A stretch of 64,000 nt of DNA from a virus. The first letter of the stretch is position 1; the number at the start of each line of letters is the position of its first letter. The DNA lies in the IMG/VR virus record IMGVR_UViG_3300027909_000003, one strand, 5' to 3'. The translations under genes and the position numbers were made by a program. Under the pieces are notes generated by a model that ran no database searches, was not told where the DNA came from, and saw only the letters and a list, made by a program, of their open reading frames with translations. Positions 9,262 to 16,662 of the stretch are shown piece by piece.

Positions 9262-9561
9262 CTACGCGGTGGGCTCGCCCTCGGCGGCGGGCGGGGCGGC
9301 CGGCGCGGCGGCCCGCTGCAGCGCCTGCGCCACCAGCGACGGCACCTGCGTGGCCAGCGCGGCCAGCTCGTTCTTCTTGGCCTGGTCGATGGCCTTCTTG
9401 GCCGCGCTCACCTGCTTGTTGATGTAGCTGGTGGGCAGCCCGGTCGCCTTGGCGACGCGCTCGACCTCGACGCGCAGCGGGCTCTTCTTGACGGGCTTCT
9501 TGGGGGCGTTGGGGTCGCGGGGCTTCTTCGGAGCCTTCGGGGCGGTGGGATCCTTGGCCAT
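9262..9561 (-). CDS. Histone-H1-like Lys/Ala/Pro-rich DNA-binding protein
   Basis: 99 aa with N-terminal KAPKKPRDPNAPKKPVKK repeats and a C-terminal AAPAAPPAA tail. Strong RBS (aggag 9 nt before ATG), its own terminator, and much higher GC than the neighbours. Confidence 0.6.
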   Translation of the reverse strand: MAKDPTAPKAPKKPRDPNAPKKPVKKSPLRVEVERVAKATGLPTSYINKQVSAAKKAIDQAKKNELAALATQVPSLVAQALQRAAAPAAPPAAEGEPTA

Positions 9562-9574
9562 GGTACCTGTCTCC

Positions 9575-9660
9575 TGAGTTGGCGGTCTCTGACCGCCGGT
9601 TTAGGGCCACCCGTTTGTCCCGGCCAGCGACAACCGCCGCCGGGCTAAGGCAACCCAAAT
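9575..9660. repeat. GC-rich island-like 5' region of the H1-like gene (weaker family member)
   Basis: Hairpin ggcggt-ctctg-accgcc plus ttaggg and ctaagg punctuations in a G/C background. Confidence 0.35.
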
Positions 9661-9690
9661 TCCAACTCCTTGAGTATACGCCAGCAGGCT

Positions 9691-9900
9691 TCATTTCGCG
9701 CCATTCAGTTGCTCGGCTGGACCACATCGCAGCTCCTCCGGCATGGGCGCGAAGCCATCCGGCGCAGGGATGCCAGCAGCCCTGAGCTCACGGATGCAGA
9801 CAGCCATACGCCGAAAGCTAAAAGGCTGCGTGCTGATCCGATTCGGATCAAGGTACGCCCAACACGCGCGCAGCCAGAGGCGATCGCCGTCGTTCAGCAT
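9691..9900 (-). CDS. Hypothetical small protein
   Basis: ORF 9691..9957 trimmed to ATG at 9900 (MLNDGDRLWL...), a 7-nt overlap with the upstream stop. Confidence 0.4.
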   Translation of the reverse strand: MLNDGDRLWLRACWAYLDPNRISTQPFSFRRMAVCIRELRAAGIPAPDGFAPMPEELRCGPAEQLNGAK

Positions 9901-10283
9901 GGCTCTTCCTTTATCTTCAGCACCTGCTGCAGCGCCGCCTGCATCGCGTCGTTCCACATGCCGTATAGTTCCTCGAACATCCCCAGCGCCTTAAGCTGAT
10001 CGTCGAGAACTCGTCCATCACCTTGTATGCGGTGCCACTTGCTGCGCGGAGGAATTGCGAGGCCGCTCCACATGCCATCAGCACAAATGGAGTATGTGGA
10101 GTAGTATCGGTCGAGCGCGCTGTCGTCGAAGTCGGTGAAAGTGCAGCTCCAAAGAAGGTCGCCTCCGGCTTCGGCAGAATCGAACCACTCAGCACGATGC
10201 GAGGCGTCAGGAGGCTGCATCTCTCCGGTCTCGAGGTAGACGTCCAGCAGCGCCTCGAAGACCTCGCGTGGCCGTTCACTCAT
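9894..10283 (-). CDS. Hypothetical acidic protein
   Basis: 129-aa ORF with an ATGA overlap to the SNF2 helicase stop. Confidence 0.55.
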   Translation of the reverse strand: MSERPREVFEALLDVYLETGEMQPPDASHRAEWFDSAEAGGDLLWSCTFTDFDDSALDRYYSTYSICADGMWSGLAIPPRSKWHRIQGDGRVLDDQLKALGMFEELYGMWNDAMQAALQQVLKIKEEPC

Positions 10284-11953
10284 TCCTTCACCAGCTCGGC
10301 CGCGACAAACGCCAGCACGTCCGCACGCTTGTTCAGTGCACGGCGAATGATCTTGTCGACTGACGCCTTGACGTCTATGTGGTAGTATGAGACTGAGCGT
10401 GTCTGATCAGGACCATGAATGCGCGTACGACTCTGCTCATAGTCAACCAGCGAGTATCCCTTGGAGAGATAGGCACAGTAGCGAGCATCGGTCATGTCGA
10501 CGCCAATGCCACCAGCTTGTGTCTGTGCTCCCAGCACTGCACCTTTGCCAGAACGACATGCTGCCTTCCATTCATCAAGCTGATGATGCCTGCCAGACAA
10601 CTCAAAGAATGGCCTGCCAGTCTTACTGGCAGAATGCTTGGCGACATCAATGTCATGATGGAACCGGCCGAACACGACCCATGGTTCCTGATCGTCACAG
10701 CTCTCCAGTAGATCAATCAAAGCCTCTTGCTTTGCTGTATGAATGATCTCTTTTTTGCCATCCTGCAGCAAGGCGTGCGGCAGGAACCCAGATGAGATCT
10801 GTGCCAGCCGCATCAGCTTTGCCAAACTGTTGCCAACAGTCAGGGTGCCACTCTGCAACTCAGCGACACACTCATCGCGCATGTCAGCATAGATCTTCAT
10901 CGCAGCAGGAGGCATCTGAACCTCTACATCGATATCTTCTGGTGGCAGCAAATTCAAGACGTCTCTAGAAGTCTTGAATGTGTACACTCTCATCCTGGCA
11001 GCGAGATCATCAAGATTCTTGTAAGACAGAACCTGATGTCCACCAAATCCACCCATCAGAGCATACTGATCACGGAAGCGAGCAAAGCTAGTGCCCCACA
11101 GCCCCACGTCAAGATAGCGAAAGACGCCATAGGCATCGAGTGGGCTGTGTGCCAGCGGAGTCCCGCTCGCACCTATACGCATAGCTGCTGTGCGAGAGAT
11201 GTAAGCAAGGGCCTGGCTCCTGCTGGAGCCAGGAGCCTTAGCAAAGTGAACTTCATCTGCCACAATGGTCAGGCCTGTGAGTGCTGCTCTGAGTGCCTTC
11301 TTCTGTGGTAGAGAGGTTCTCTCCAACACAGACCATCCCATCACAACAATGGTCGGCTTGTCTGATGTCAGGTGGTGGCAGGCAAGAGCAACACGCTCAG
11401 CAACTGTACCACCGCTGAGAGGCACAACACGCAGATGGCGGCCAGGACCACAGTGTCGCCTTGCCTGCTCTCCCCAGACGGGCACAACCACCTTGGGGCA
11501 CAACACCAAGCCTGCTCTCAGACTTGGGTCAAGGCCTGAGAAGTAATCCAGGATGCACCGAGTCTTGCCCGTGCGCATGCCCATATCAAGCAGGCCGCAA
11601 CCAAGATGGTTGCGCGCCCACATGAGGAAGTGGTAGGCCATGCGTTGGTGCGGCCAGGGGACTGTTAATGATGTGAATGGAAGTTCAGCATCATTCTCAG
11701 TTGGTCGCTGCATCGATGAAATGCGTGCCACAAGAGCATTCGCTCTTTCATCAAGCCGCGCATCAACACAGCCCATGTTCATGAATGCTATCAGCCGCAG
11801 GACAGCGCCAGCGCTGTCTGGCATGACCCAGCGCGTTGCTTCCCACTTAGCAGATGGTAGCTGTGAGTACACAGCCATCTGAACAGCCTTGTCGAAGCCG
11901 ACAGGACGAATGTGAACCGCCCCGTCAGGAGCGGTGATCTCTACGTGGCTCAC
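10280..11953 (-). CDS. SNF2/Rad54-family (SF2) helicase/translocase
   Basis: Walker A-like MGMRTGKT, DEAH-type motif II ADEVHFAK, helicase-C motifs QTQAGGIGVDMT and HGPDQTR. Confidence 0.85.
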   Translation of the reverse strand: MSHVEITAPDGAVHIRPVGFDKAVQMAVYSQLPSAKWEATRWVMPDSAGAVLRLIAFMNMGCVDARLDERANALVARISSMQRPTENDAELPFTSLTVPWPHQRMAYHFLMWARNHLGCGLLDMGMRTGKTRCILDYFSGLDPSLRAGLVLCPKVVVPVWGEQARRHCGPGRHLRVVPLSGGTVAERVALACHHLTSDKPTIVVMGWSVLERTSLPQKKALRAALTGLTIVADEVHFAKAPGSSRSQALAYISRTAAMRIGASGTPLAHSPLDAYGVFRYLDVGLWGTSFARFRDQYALMGGFGGHQVLSYKNLDDLAARMRVYTFKTSRDVLNLLPPEDIDVEVQMPPAAMKIYADMRDECVAELQSGTLTVGNSLAKLMRLAQISSGFLPHALLQDGKKEIIHTAKQEALIDLLESCDDQEPWVVFGRFHHDIDVAKHSASKTGRPFFELSGRHHQLDEWKAACRSGKGAVLGAQTQAGGIGVDMTDARYCAYLSKGYSLVDYEQSRTRIHGPDQTRSVSYYHIDVKASVDKIIRRALNKRADVLAFVAAELVKE

Positions 11954-12195
11954 AACGACGATGAGCTGTTGTTGCTGTGACGCTCTGCGACGAGCAGTTG
12001 TGCGATGAGATCGTATGTGCCGCGACTCTTTGCCAGCACAGCAACAGCAATGTCGCGCTCGGGTACGTTGTGTCGCTTTGATGCTGCTGCCAGCTCATCC
12101 TTGATGCCGTCGGAGGGTGTGACGCGCAGCGTCAAGGCGCGGGACCGGGGGTTAAGGGGCCGCCCCGGGGGGCGGCGGGGGCGGGTAGGCGTCAT
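11950..12195 (-). CDS. Ribbon-helix-helix-like small DNA-binding protein (first gene of the minus-strand block)
   Basis: 81 aa. RPPGRPLNPRSRALTLRVTPSDGIKDELAAASKRHNV resembles the CopG/Arc-type RHH N-terminus. The first ~25 codons are encoded by a GC-rich island. Confidence 0.5.
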   Translation of the reverse strand: MTPTRPRRPPGRPLNPRSRALTLRVTPSDGIKDELAAASKRHNVPERDIAVAVLAKSRGTYDLIAQLLVAERHSNNSSSSL

Positions 12196-12235
12196 GGGAG
12201 CAATTATGGGGTAACCTGGGGCGGGCGCAACGCGA
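12135..12235. repeat. GC-rich TA-punctuated island (family member B)
   Basis: gggaccgggggttaaggggccgccccggggggcggcgggggcgggtagg ... ggtaacctggggcgggcgc. Confidence 0.5.
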
Positions 12236-12304
12236 GTGGTCGTAAGTCGTTGATTCTAAAGGTGCAAGTGATATGCCCGAAATGCCTCATTTTGACCGTA
12301 TAAT

Positions 12305-12387
12305 TAGGGCCGGTTGAAAACTAGGTAGCGCCGGGGCCGCCGCTAGGGCGCCCAACCCGTGAGGGTAACCGGCCCGGAGCCTAGGGG
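12305..12387. repeat. GC-rich TA-punctuated island (family member C), contains CCTAGG
   Basis: agggccgg...ctaggtagcgccggggccgccgctagggcgcccaaccc...ggtaaccggcccggagcctagggg, with CCTAGG at 12380-12385. Confidence 0.55.
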
Positions 12388-12714
12388 TCAACTACTTGCC
12401 AACTGAATAGCGGGTAAGCAGGGACGGCGGATCAGCCAGAGAGCTGCCGCAACACCGACGCGTAGGGAGCCGAGAGCGATGGCCCGGAGACGCTGGGAGC
12501 GGGTTGTGGTAAGGGGAGCAGGGGAGCGAGAGCTTGAAAGAGGCGCTGAGGCAAACTGGACGCCACCGTCAACCAGTGATCGTCTGCGAGACGAGCACAA
12601 CACCTTAACCCCCGCGCCACCCACCAGGGGTGCGAGCAACGCCAGCCGACAACCGAGTAGCCTGCGGGCACCAACAACTCGGTCGGAGCGAAACTGCTCG
12701 CACCAGTGATACTG

Positions 12715-12786
12715 GTGGCTGTGGTGAGCGCTGTGAGGACGTAACTCCTCTAGCCGCCGTGCGCGGTCAGCGCTCACCACAGCCAC
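12715..12786. repeat. Perfect 19-bp inverted repeat (gtggctgtggtgagcgctg / cagcgctcaccacagccac), 34-nt spacer
   Basis: Read directly from the sequence. Confidence 0.95.
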
Positions 12787-12825
12787 TCGGCAATCAAGCC
12801 GATGCTGTGAACGGAGAATTGGAAC
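12726..12825 (+). promoter_or_regulatory. Upstream element copy 1 (degenerate) before gene 12826
   Basis: Shares gtgagcgctg, ctcggcaatcaagcc and ggagaattggaacATG with copies 2 and 3. Confidence 0.45.
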
Positions 12826-13077
12826 ATGCAACTACGAGACGGCGAAATGGGGTTCGAGATCGTTGGCTTCGGTAGTGCTCGCTTCAAGGCAAGCACGTTT
12901 GATGCTGCTATGAAGATGCTAGCGCGCAACACTCCCAATGGGATTGCCCGACTGATCAAAGATGCCACTGGCCAAGACTACATTGGCCAAGCGGTGAAGC
13001 GCGGCAATGCGATGATGACGAAAGCAGAAGCTGTCGCCATTTGGATCGAGGCAGTTGGTGGAGGTTCAACTCTATGA
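12826..13077 (+). CDS. Hypothetical protein, possibly Cro/YdaS-like HTH
   Basis: 83-aa first ORF of the plus block. GIARLIKDATGQDYIGQAVKRGN..AEAVAIWIEAVGGG loosely resembles YdaS/Cro-type regulators. Confidence 0.5.
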   Translation: MQLRDGEMGFEIVGFGSARFKASTFDAAMKMLARNTPNGIARLIKDATGQDYIGQAVKRGNAMMTKAEAVAIWIEAVGGGSTL

Positions 13078-13265
13078 CGCTCATTCCTGCCTACGGTCGT
13101 GACTACAAAAGCAAGGCTGCTGTGCTCGCCGACTGGAATGCCAACAAGGATTTTGTCGTTGCATCAATCGGCGGACCAGGGTGCTACATCAACAAAGAGC
13201 AAGCCGACAAACTTGAGATCTGGATCCGCTACGCCAAACGCACCAAGATCGTGAGGGCACAATGA
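13074..13265 (+). CDS. Hypothetical small protein
   Basis: ORF 13041..13265 trimmed to ATG at 13074 (ATGA overlap): MTLIPAYGRDYKSKAAVLADW... Confidence 0.5.
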   Translation: MTLIPAYGRDYKSKAAVLADWNANKDFVVASIGGPGCYINKEQADKLEIWIRYAKRTKIVRAQ

Positions 13266-13408
13266 ATTGCCAACATTGCCATCGCTAGTTCGACAATCTG
13301 CGCGTGTTCGGTTGGAGTCCCAAGTTCTGCCAGCCATTGTGTGAGAGCCTTTTCATCGACAAAGCGGCAGACGCTTTCAAAGCGTGGTGGGAGCGTTCGC
13401 GCTGAGCG

Positions 13409-13487
13409 TTGCGGGTGACGCGCTGACGGCAGTGCGCATCCCGGAGTGCTCGACAATCAAGTCGGCCCTTCAACTAGGAGCATTGGA
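13409..13487 (+). promoter_or_regulatory. Upstream element copy 2 before gene 13488
   Basis: ttgcgggtgacgcgctg...gcgcatcccggagtgctcgacaatcaagtcgg...caactaggagcattggaATG, near-identical blocks to copy 3. Confidence 0.6.
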
Positions 13488-14423
13488 ATGAACAACGACA
13501 GCATCCTTGTGGTACGCAACATCGAGCAGGCCGCAGCGTGGCTCGAGCTCGACGGTCAGATCAGCGACGGGCACTGGGAGAACTCCTCTCCCCATGAGCA
13601 CTGGGTGCCTTGGTACCACGCTCGTGTCGTGGTCGCGCAGGACGAGCAACAGGTAGGCCGCAACTTCCACACTAGGAAGGACACCTACAACTTTACCAAC
13701 ATCGATCTCCTGAAGGTCGTCGGTCTTCGCATGCTGGGCATCATCCGCATCGCCCGCAGGTTCGGCATCGAGACCGCGTCGCTCTTCGAGCACAGCGTCG
13801 AGTGCGACGCATCCTTCGAGGTTCCCACATACGAGGGCGAACGTTACGACGAGATCCGCGCCAGGGTCTATGATCTTGGCCTTGAGAACATCCAAGCTGC
13901 GCTCGCCGACGAGTCCTATACTTTCGACGCCATGAAGCGCGACCTCGTCGACCTCAAGACAATCGTCAAGACGAAGATCGACGCGATCGTAGTAAGGACC
14001 GAGGTCGCAGGCATCGTGAAGGAGGAGCTCCGGTACGGCGCGCGGGCCGAGGCCATTGCCAGCGAGCAGGAGCGTGCCCGTGAACTTCGGACCAGGAAGA
14101 ATACCGAGCGGTACGGGAAGATGTTCGCCGATGTGAACGAGACCGAGGAGCAGTTCCTCGCTATCAAGGGCTCGTCGGTGGACGAGGTCATCAACCGCGC
14201 CAAGCTCTCTCATAGGATGGAGCAGGCCGACAAGGGTTGCAAGTTGATCGAGGCCGCCGCCCTGCTCCGTGACTGCATGGACGACTTAGTAAGTAGCCTC
14301 AAAGAGCGCGGCATCAACGCTCTGCCCAACTCACTGGGAGAAGTGCAGGGCAAAGGCGCAGACGTCGACCGTCTCTGTGCTGAGTTTGCTCTCCTTCGTA
14401 GCCTCGGCGGCGGTAGTCGCTAA
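13488..14423 (+). CDS. Hypothetical protein (311 aa)
   Basis: ORF 13446..14423 trimmed to ATG at 13488, 7 nt after aggag. No recognisable domain. Confidence 0.6.
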   Translation: MNNDSILVVRNIEQAAAWLELDGQISDGHWENSSPHEHWVPWYHARVVVAQDEQQVGRNFHTRKDTYNFTNIDLLKVVGLRMLGIIRIARRFGIETASLFEHSVECDASFEVPTYEGERYDEIRARVYDLGLENIQAALADESYTFDAMKRDLVDLKTIVKTKIDAIVVRTEVAGIVKEELRYGARAEAIASEQERARELRTRKNTERYGKMFADVNETEEQFLAIKGSSVDEVINRAKLSHRMEQADKGCKLIEAAALLRDCMDDLVSSLKERGINALPNSLGEVQGKGADVDRLCAEFALLRSLGGGSR

Positions 14424-14426
14424 GCA

Positions 14427-14510
14427 TTGCGGATGACGCGCTGGTGACAGCAGCGCGCATTCCGGAGTGCTTGGACAATCAAGTCCAATCACCTCAACAC
14501 AGGAGTGTTG
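14427..14510 (+). promoter_or_regulatory. Upstream element copy 3 before gene 14513
   Basis: ttgcggatgacgcgctg...gcgcattccggagtgcttggacaatcaagtcc...caacacaggag. Confidence 0.6.
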
Positions 14511-14512
14511 AC

Positions 14513-14869
14513 GTGCAAATGACGACAAGAGATGCCGACGAGACGCCAGAGATTGCCCCAGCCTTCTACACCGTCGCCGTATACCTGGCCGACCGCGCCT
14601 TCGGCGGTCGCGAGGAGGGCGGCTGGTGGTACGACACCGGCGAGCTGGTAACGCACGCCGAGGGGGAGCCTCTGCCTGTCCCGGTCATCACCAAGACCAT
14701 CGAGGAGGCGAAAACGGCTTCCGCTGCCATGCAGGCGACGCTCAACGCCACCGTGAACGTCGGCCGACGCGGGAAGTCTTCGGTGCTCTCGCAGGGGGTC
14801 TACGAGGCGCAGATTCACGAGAACCACGCGCCTCCGTTCTACCCGGCGGTTCGGCCGCACTACGAGTGA
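14513..14869 (+). CDS. Hypothetical protein
   Basis: ORF 14444..14869 trimmed to GTG at 14513, 7 nt after aggag, the same spacing as copy 2. ATG at 14519 is the alternative. Confidence 0.55.
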   Translation: MQMTTRDADETPEIAPAFYTVAVYLADRAFGGREEGGWWYDTGELVTHAEGEPLPVPVITKTIEEAKTASAAMQATLNATVNVGRRGKSSVLSQGVYEAQIHENHAPPFYPAVRPHYE

Positions 14870-14877
14870 GAAACCAA

Positions 14878-15084
14878 ATGGAAACAATCAAAGCAGCAGA
14901 CTACGCCAAGGTTGACGACGCCATTCAGTTTGCCAAACACCTCTGCCGTCAATCGTTGCGGCGCCGACTAGGTTACAGAATCGTTGATGCGGTCGGCTCC
15001 ACTCTGGCAGAGGTGACCAAGACGAACGGCATCATTCGCATCAAAGACGAACGTGGCGGCCGACGCGTTGCTGGAGGATACTGA
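14878..15084 (+). CDS. Hypothetical small protein
   Basis: Internal ATG at 14878 of ORF 14626..15084 (METIKAADYAKVDD...). The upstream part of that ORF overlaps the previous gene. Confidence 0.5.
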   Translation: METIKAADYAKVDDAIQFAKHLCRQSLRRRLGYRIVDAVGSTLAEVTKTNGIIRIKDERGGRRVAGGY

Positions 15085-15085
15085 G

Positions 15086-15490
15086 ATGCTCACATTCACC
15101 GATCATGGTGACCGCACGGGACACTACTACGGTTGCGATGACGAAGGCGATGAGGAAGCCACCGCGTTCGAAGTCCAACTGCCAGTGAAGTACGAAGTTT
15201 GCTGGCGATGTGATGGTGCTGGTGTTCACGACCACCCTGCATTCTCCAACGGCATTACCAGTAGCGAGTGGGTCGAGTGGGACGACGACGAGCAGCAAGC
15301 CTACATGAATGGTCGCTACGACGTACAGTGCGAGGAGTGCAAAGGCCTGCGTGTTGTGCAGGTTGTTGATGAAGAAAAAATTCCAGAAGAGTACAAAGAG
15401 GCATGGGCCCAGAGGGCAAAAGAAGAGCAGGAGTACAGAAACGAAATTGCGTACGAACGTCGGTGCCGCGAACGCGGCATTGAATACTAG
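15086..15490 (+). CDS. Acidic protein with two DnaJ-type CxxCxGxG-like zinc-finger motifs
   Basis: Trimmed to ATG at 15086, 1 nt after the upstream TGA. Motifs CWRCDGAG and CEECKGLR. Confidence 0.6.
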   Translation: MLTFTDHGDRTGHYYGCDDEGDEEATAFEVQLPVKYEVCWRCDGAGVHDHPAFSNGITSSEWVEWDDDEQQAYMNGRYDVQCEECKGLRVVQVVDEEKIPEEYKEAWAQRAKEEQEYRNEIAYERRCRERGIEY

Positions 15491-15501
15491 GAGTTCAATT
15501 C

Positions 15502-15828
15502 ATGAAACGCATCGCCACACTCATAGCCCTCGCCATCTCAACTTCCATCGCCGCACACGCTGACGTCAACATGGGCGTCTTCACCGCGTCTGGCAACTTC
15601 GAGTTCTCCTCAACTGTCACAGGAGCCAACGGCACCGTGACTGCCTTCTCAATCACCAAGCACTTCGAGGACGATGATGGCCGCATGGTAATCGAATGTG
15701 CTAGCGTGCAGTGCGAGGTCGCTGTGAGCACGCTCAAGCCTGGTCAGTATGTCGGCGTTGCTGGCGTCATCGACGCGGACAAGGACGGCGCCGTGACGCT
15801 CCGCGCTATGGACGTGATGAGGCAGTGA
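15502..15828 (+). CDS. Small secreted protein (signal peptide)
   Basis: N-terminus MKRIATLIALAISTSIAAHA is a typical Sec signal peptide with an AHA cleavage motif. Confidence 0.6.
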   Translation: MKRIATLIALAISTSIAAHADVNMGVFTASGNFEFSSTVTGANGTVTAFSITKHFEDDDGRMVIECASVQCEVAVSTLKPGQYVGVAGVIDADKDGAVTLRAMDVMRQ

Positions 15829-15829
15829 A

Positions 15830-16036
15830 ATGATCAAAGACGTTGTGGCAGCATTTCGCTTTCCAAACAACATGGTTGCTGTGACTGATCGCAACGGCGA
15901 ACAGATCCCAGAACTGCAAGGGCCATACACTATCGAGTTACACAGACTCATTCAAGCGAGAGCGACGCCGCAATGTGAGTGGAATGGTTATTGGCCATTG
16001 CAATTCAGCAATGGTGAATCGAAGGAGTCAGTATGA
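15830..16036 (+). CDS. Hypothetical small protein
   Basis: 68-aa ORF that starts 2 nt after the upstream stop. Confidence 0.5.
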   Translation: MIKDVVAAFRFPNNMVAVTDRNGEQIPELQGPYTIELHRLIQARATPQCEWNGYWPLQFSNGESKESV

Positions 16037-16206
16037 CGTTGTCGGAGTATGCAAAGCTTCCTGGCGTGGTGGACTTGCCCATGCGCGTGCGCGCCAAATT
16101 CATCGCTGCCATCAAGGCAGAGGATGAAGGCAACCACGAGCTGGCAGCAAGCAAGCTGGAGGAAGCGGTCACGATCGAGCAGGAGCTGAAGCTGGCCGCC
16201 AAGTAA
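16033..16206 (+). CDS. Hypothetical small helical protein (57 aa)
   Basis: Below the ORF-track size cut-off. Manual translation: MTLSEYAKLPGVVDLPMRVRAKFIAAIKAEDEGNHELAASKLEEAVTIEQELKLAAK. ATGA overlap, with aaggag 6 nt upstream. Confidence 0.5.
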   Translation: MTLSEYAKLPGVVDLPMRVRAKFIAAIKAEDEGNHELAASKLEEAVTIEQELKLAAK

Positions 16207-16270
16207 ACGGCGCTCGGTGAAGCTAGGACCCAATGTCAGCAAAACAACACCGGCTGGCATTGGTGCCGAA

Positions 16271-16294
16271 ACGAGTGGGGCAGTTCCCACTCGT
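16271..16294 (+). other. Perfect 9-bp hairpin in a 165-nt intergenic gap
   Basis: acgagtggg-gcagtt-cccactcgt with no following T-run. This is the only sizeable gap inside the plus block. Confidence 0.6.
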
Positions 16295-16371
16295 CCGCAC
16301 AGTTGGCTACTGTGTGCTGATGAGGCAGCTACAACGACAATTTCGTCGTTGATTGATGAAGGAGAATCGCG

Positions 16372-16662
16372 ATGCGAGGGAATCGTGAAAGGTATCACAA
16401 AGGCATGTGTCCAGTCTGGCGCGTAGTCGAGATCAGGAAAGGCACGCTCAACATCGACACTGGTGAAGTGAAAATGAATCCCAGCCGGACAGAAACCGTT
16501 CTTCAGCAATGCTGCGTCCCTCTGTTCGATAGAGACGCGAAGATTTGCAGCAGTTGTGCCAGTGGATGGGAAACGGAAAAGAACGCGCTCGCTACAGGCG
16601 CCATCCTTCGTGAGCATGGCATCGACCCAGCAACCGAAGACATCACAGCATACTTCAAATGA
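16372..16662 (+). CDS. Hypothetical Cys-rich small protein
   Basis: 96-aa ORF with aggag upstream of the ATG. Confidence 0.55.
   Translation: MRGNRERYHKGMCPVWRVVEIRKGTLNIDTGEVKMNPSRTETVLQQCCVPLFDRDAKICSSCASGWETEKNALATGAILREHGIDPATEDITAYFK

Larger units (their letters stand above)
12400..12825. other. Stem-loop-dense non-coding region (candidate structured leader or ncRNA) ahead of the plus-strand block
   Basis: No credible ORF. Perfect stems seen: 12629-12638/12695-12704 (10 bp, with nested ccga..ccgag/ctcgg..tcgg stems inside), 12701-12707/12711-12717 (7 bp) and 12715-12733/12768-12786 (19 bp). Adjacent stems share nucleotides. Confidence 0.45.

Noticed and set aside
9160-9727. 162-aa plus-strand and 182-aa minus-strand ORFs overlapping the H1-like gene
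   Set aside because: Both are Arg/Gly-rich frames of the same GC-rich segment. The 99-aa frame has an RBS, a clean terminator and a recognisable KAP-repeat protein type.
12299-12304. Perfect TATAAT hexamer as the plus-block promoter
   Set aside because: There is no acceptable -35 at 16-18 nt spacing and no TG extension, so I do not list it as a feature. It is mentioned only as a hypothesis for the long leader.
12388-12831. 147-aa minus-strand ORF in the divergent intergenic region
   Set aside because: It has an Arg/Ser/Leu/Ala-rich junk-like translation, runs against the neighbouring plus gene start, has no RBS context, and spans the inverted repeats. I treat the region as non-coding.
13229-13456. 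75-aa minus-strand ORF between plus-strand genes
   Set aside because: It overlaps the conserved upstream element and the 3' end of gene 13074..13265, runs opposite to the whole block, and shows no motif. It is possible but unsupported.
13470-14213. 247-aa minus-strand ORF opposite gene 13488..14423
   Set aside because: It is a shadow ORF. The plus-strand gene has an RBS and conserved upstream element and fits the operon, while the minus-strand product is Leu/Val/Asp/Gly-rich junk-like sequence.
16217-16426. 69-aa ORF spanning the 16207-16371 gap
   Set aside because: It has a non-ATG start, overlaps gene 16372 by 55 nt in another frame, and no RBS was noticed. The hairpin inside it suggests a non-coding role.
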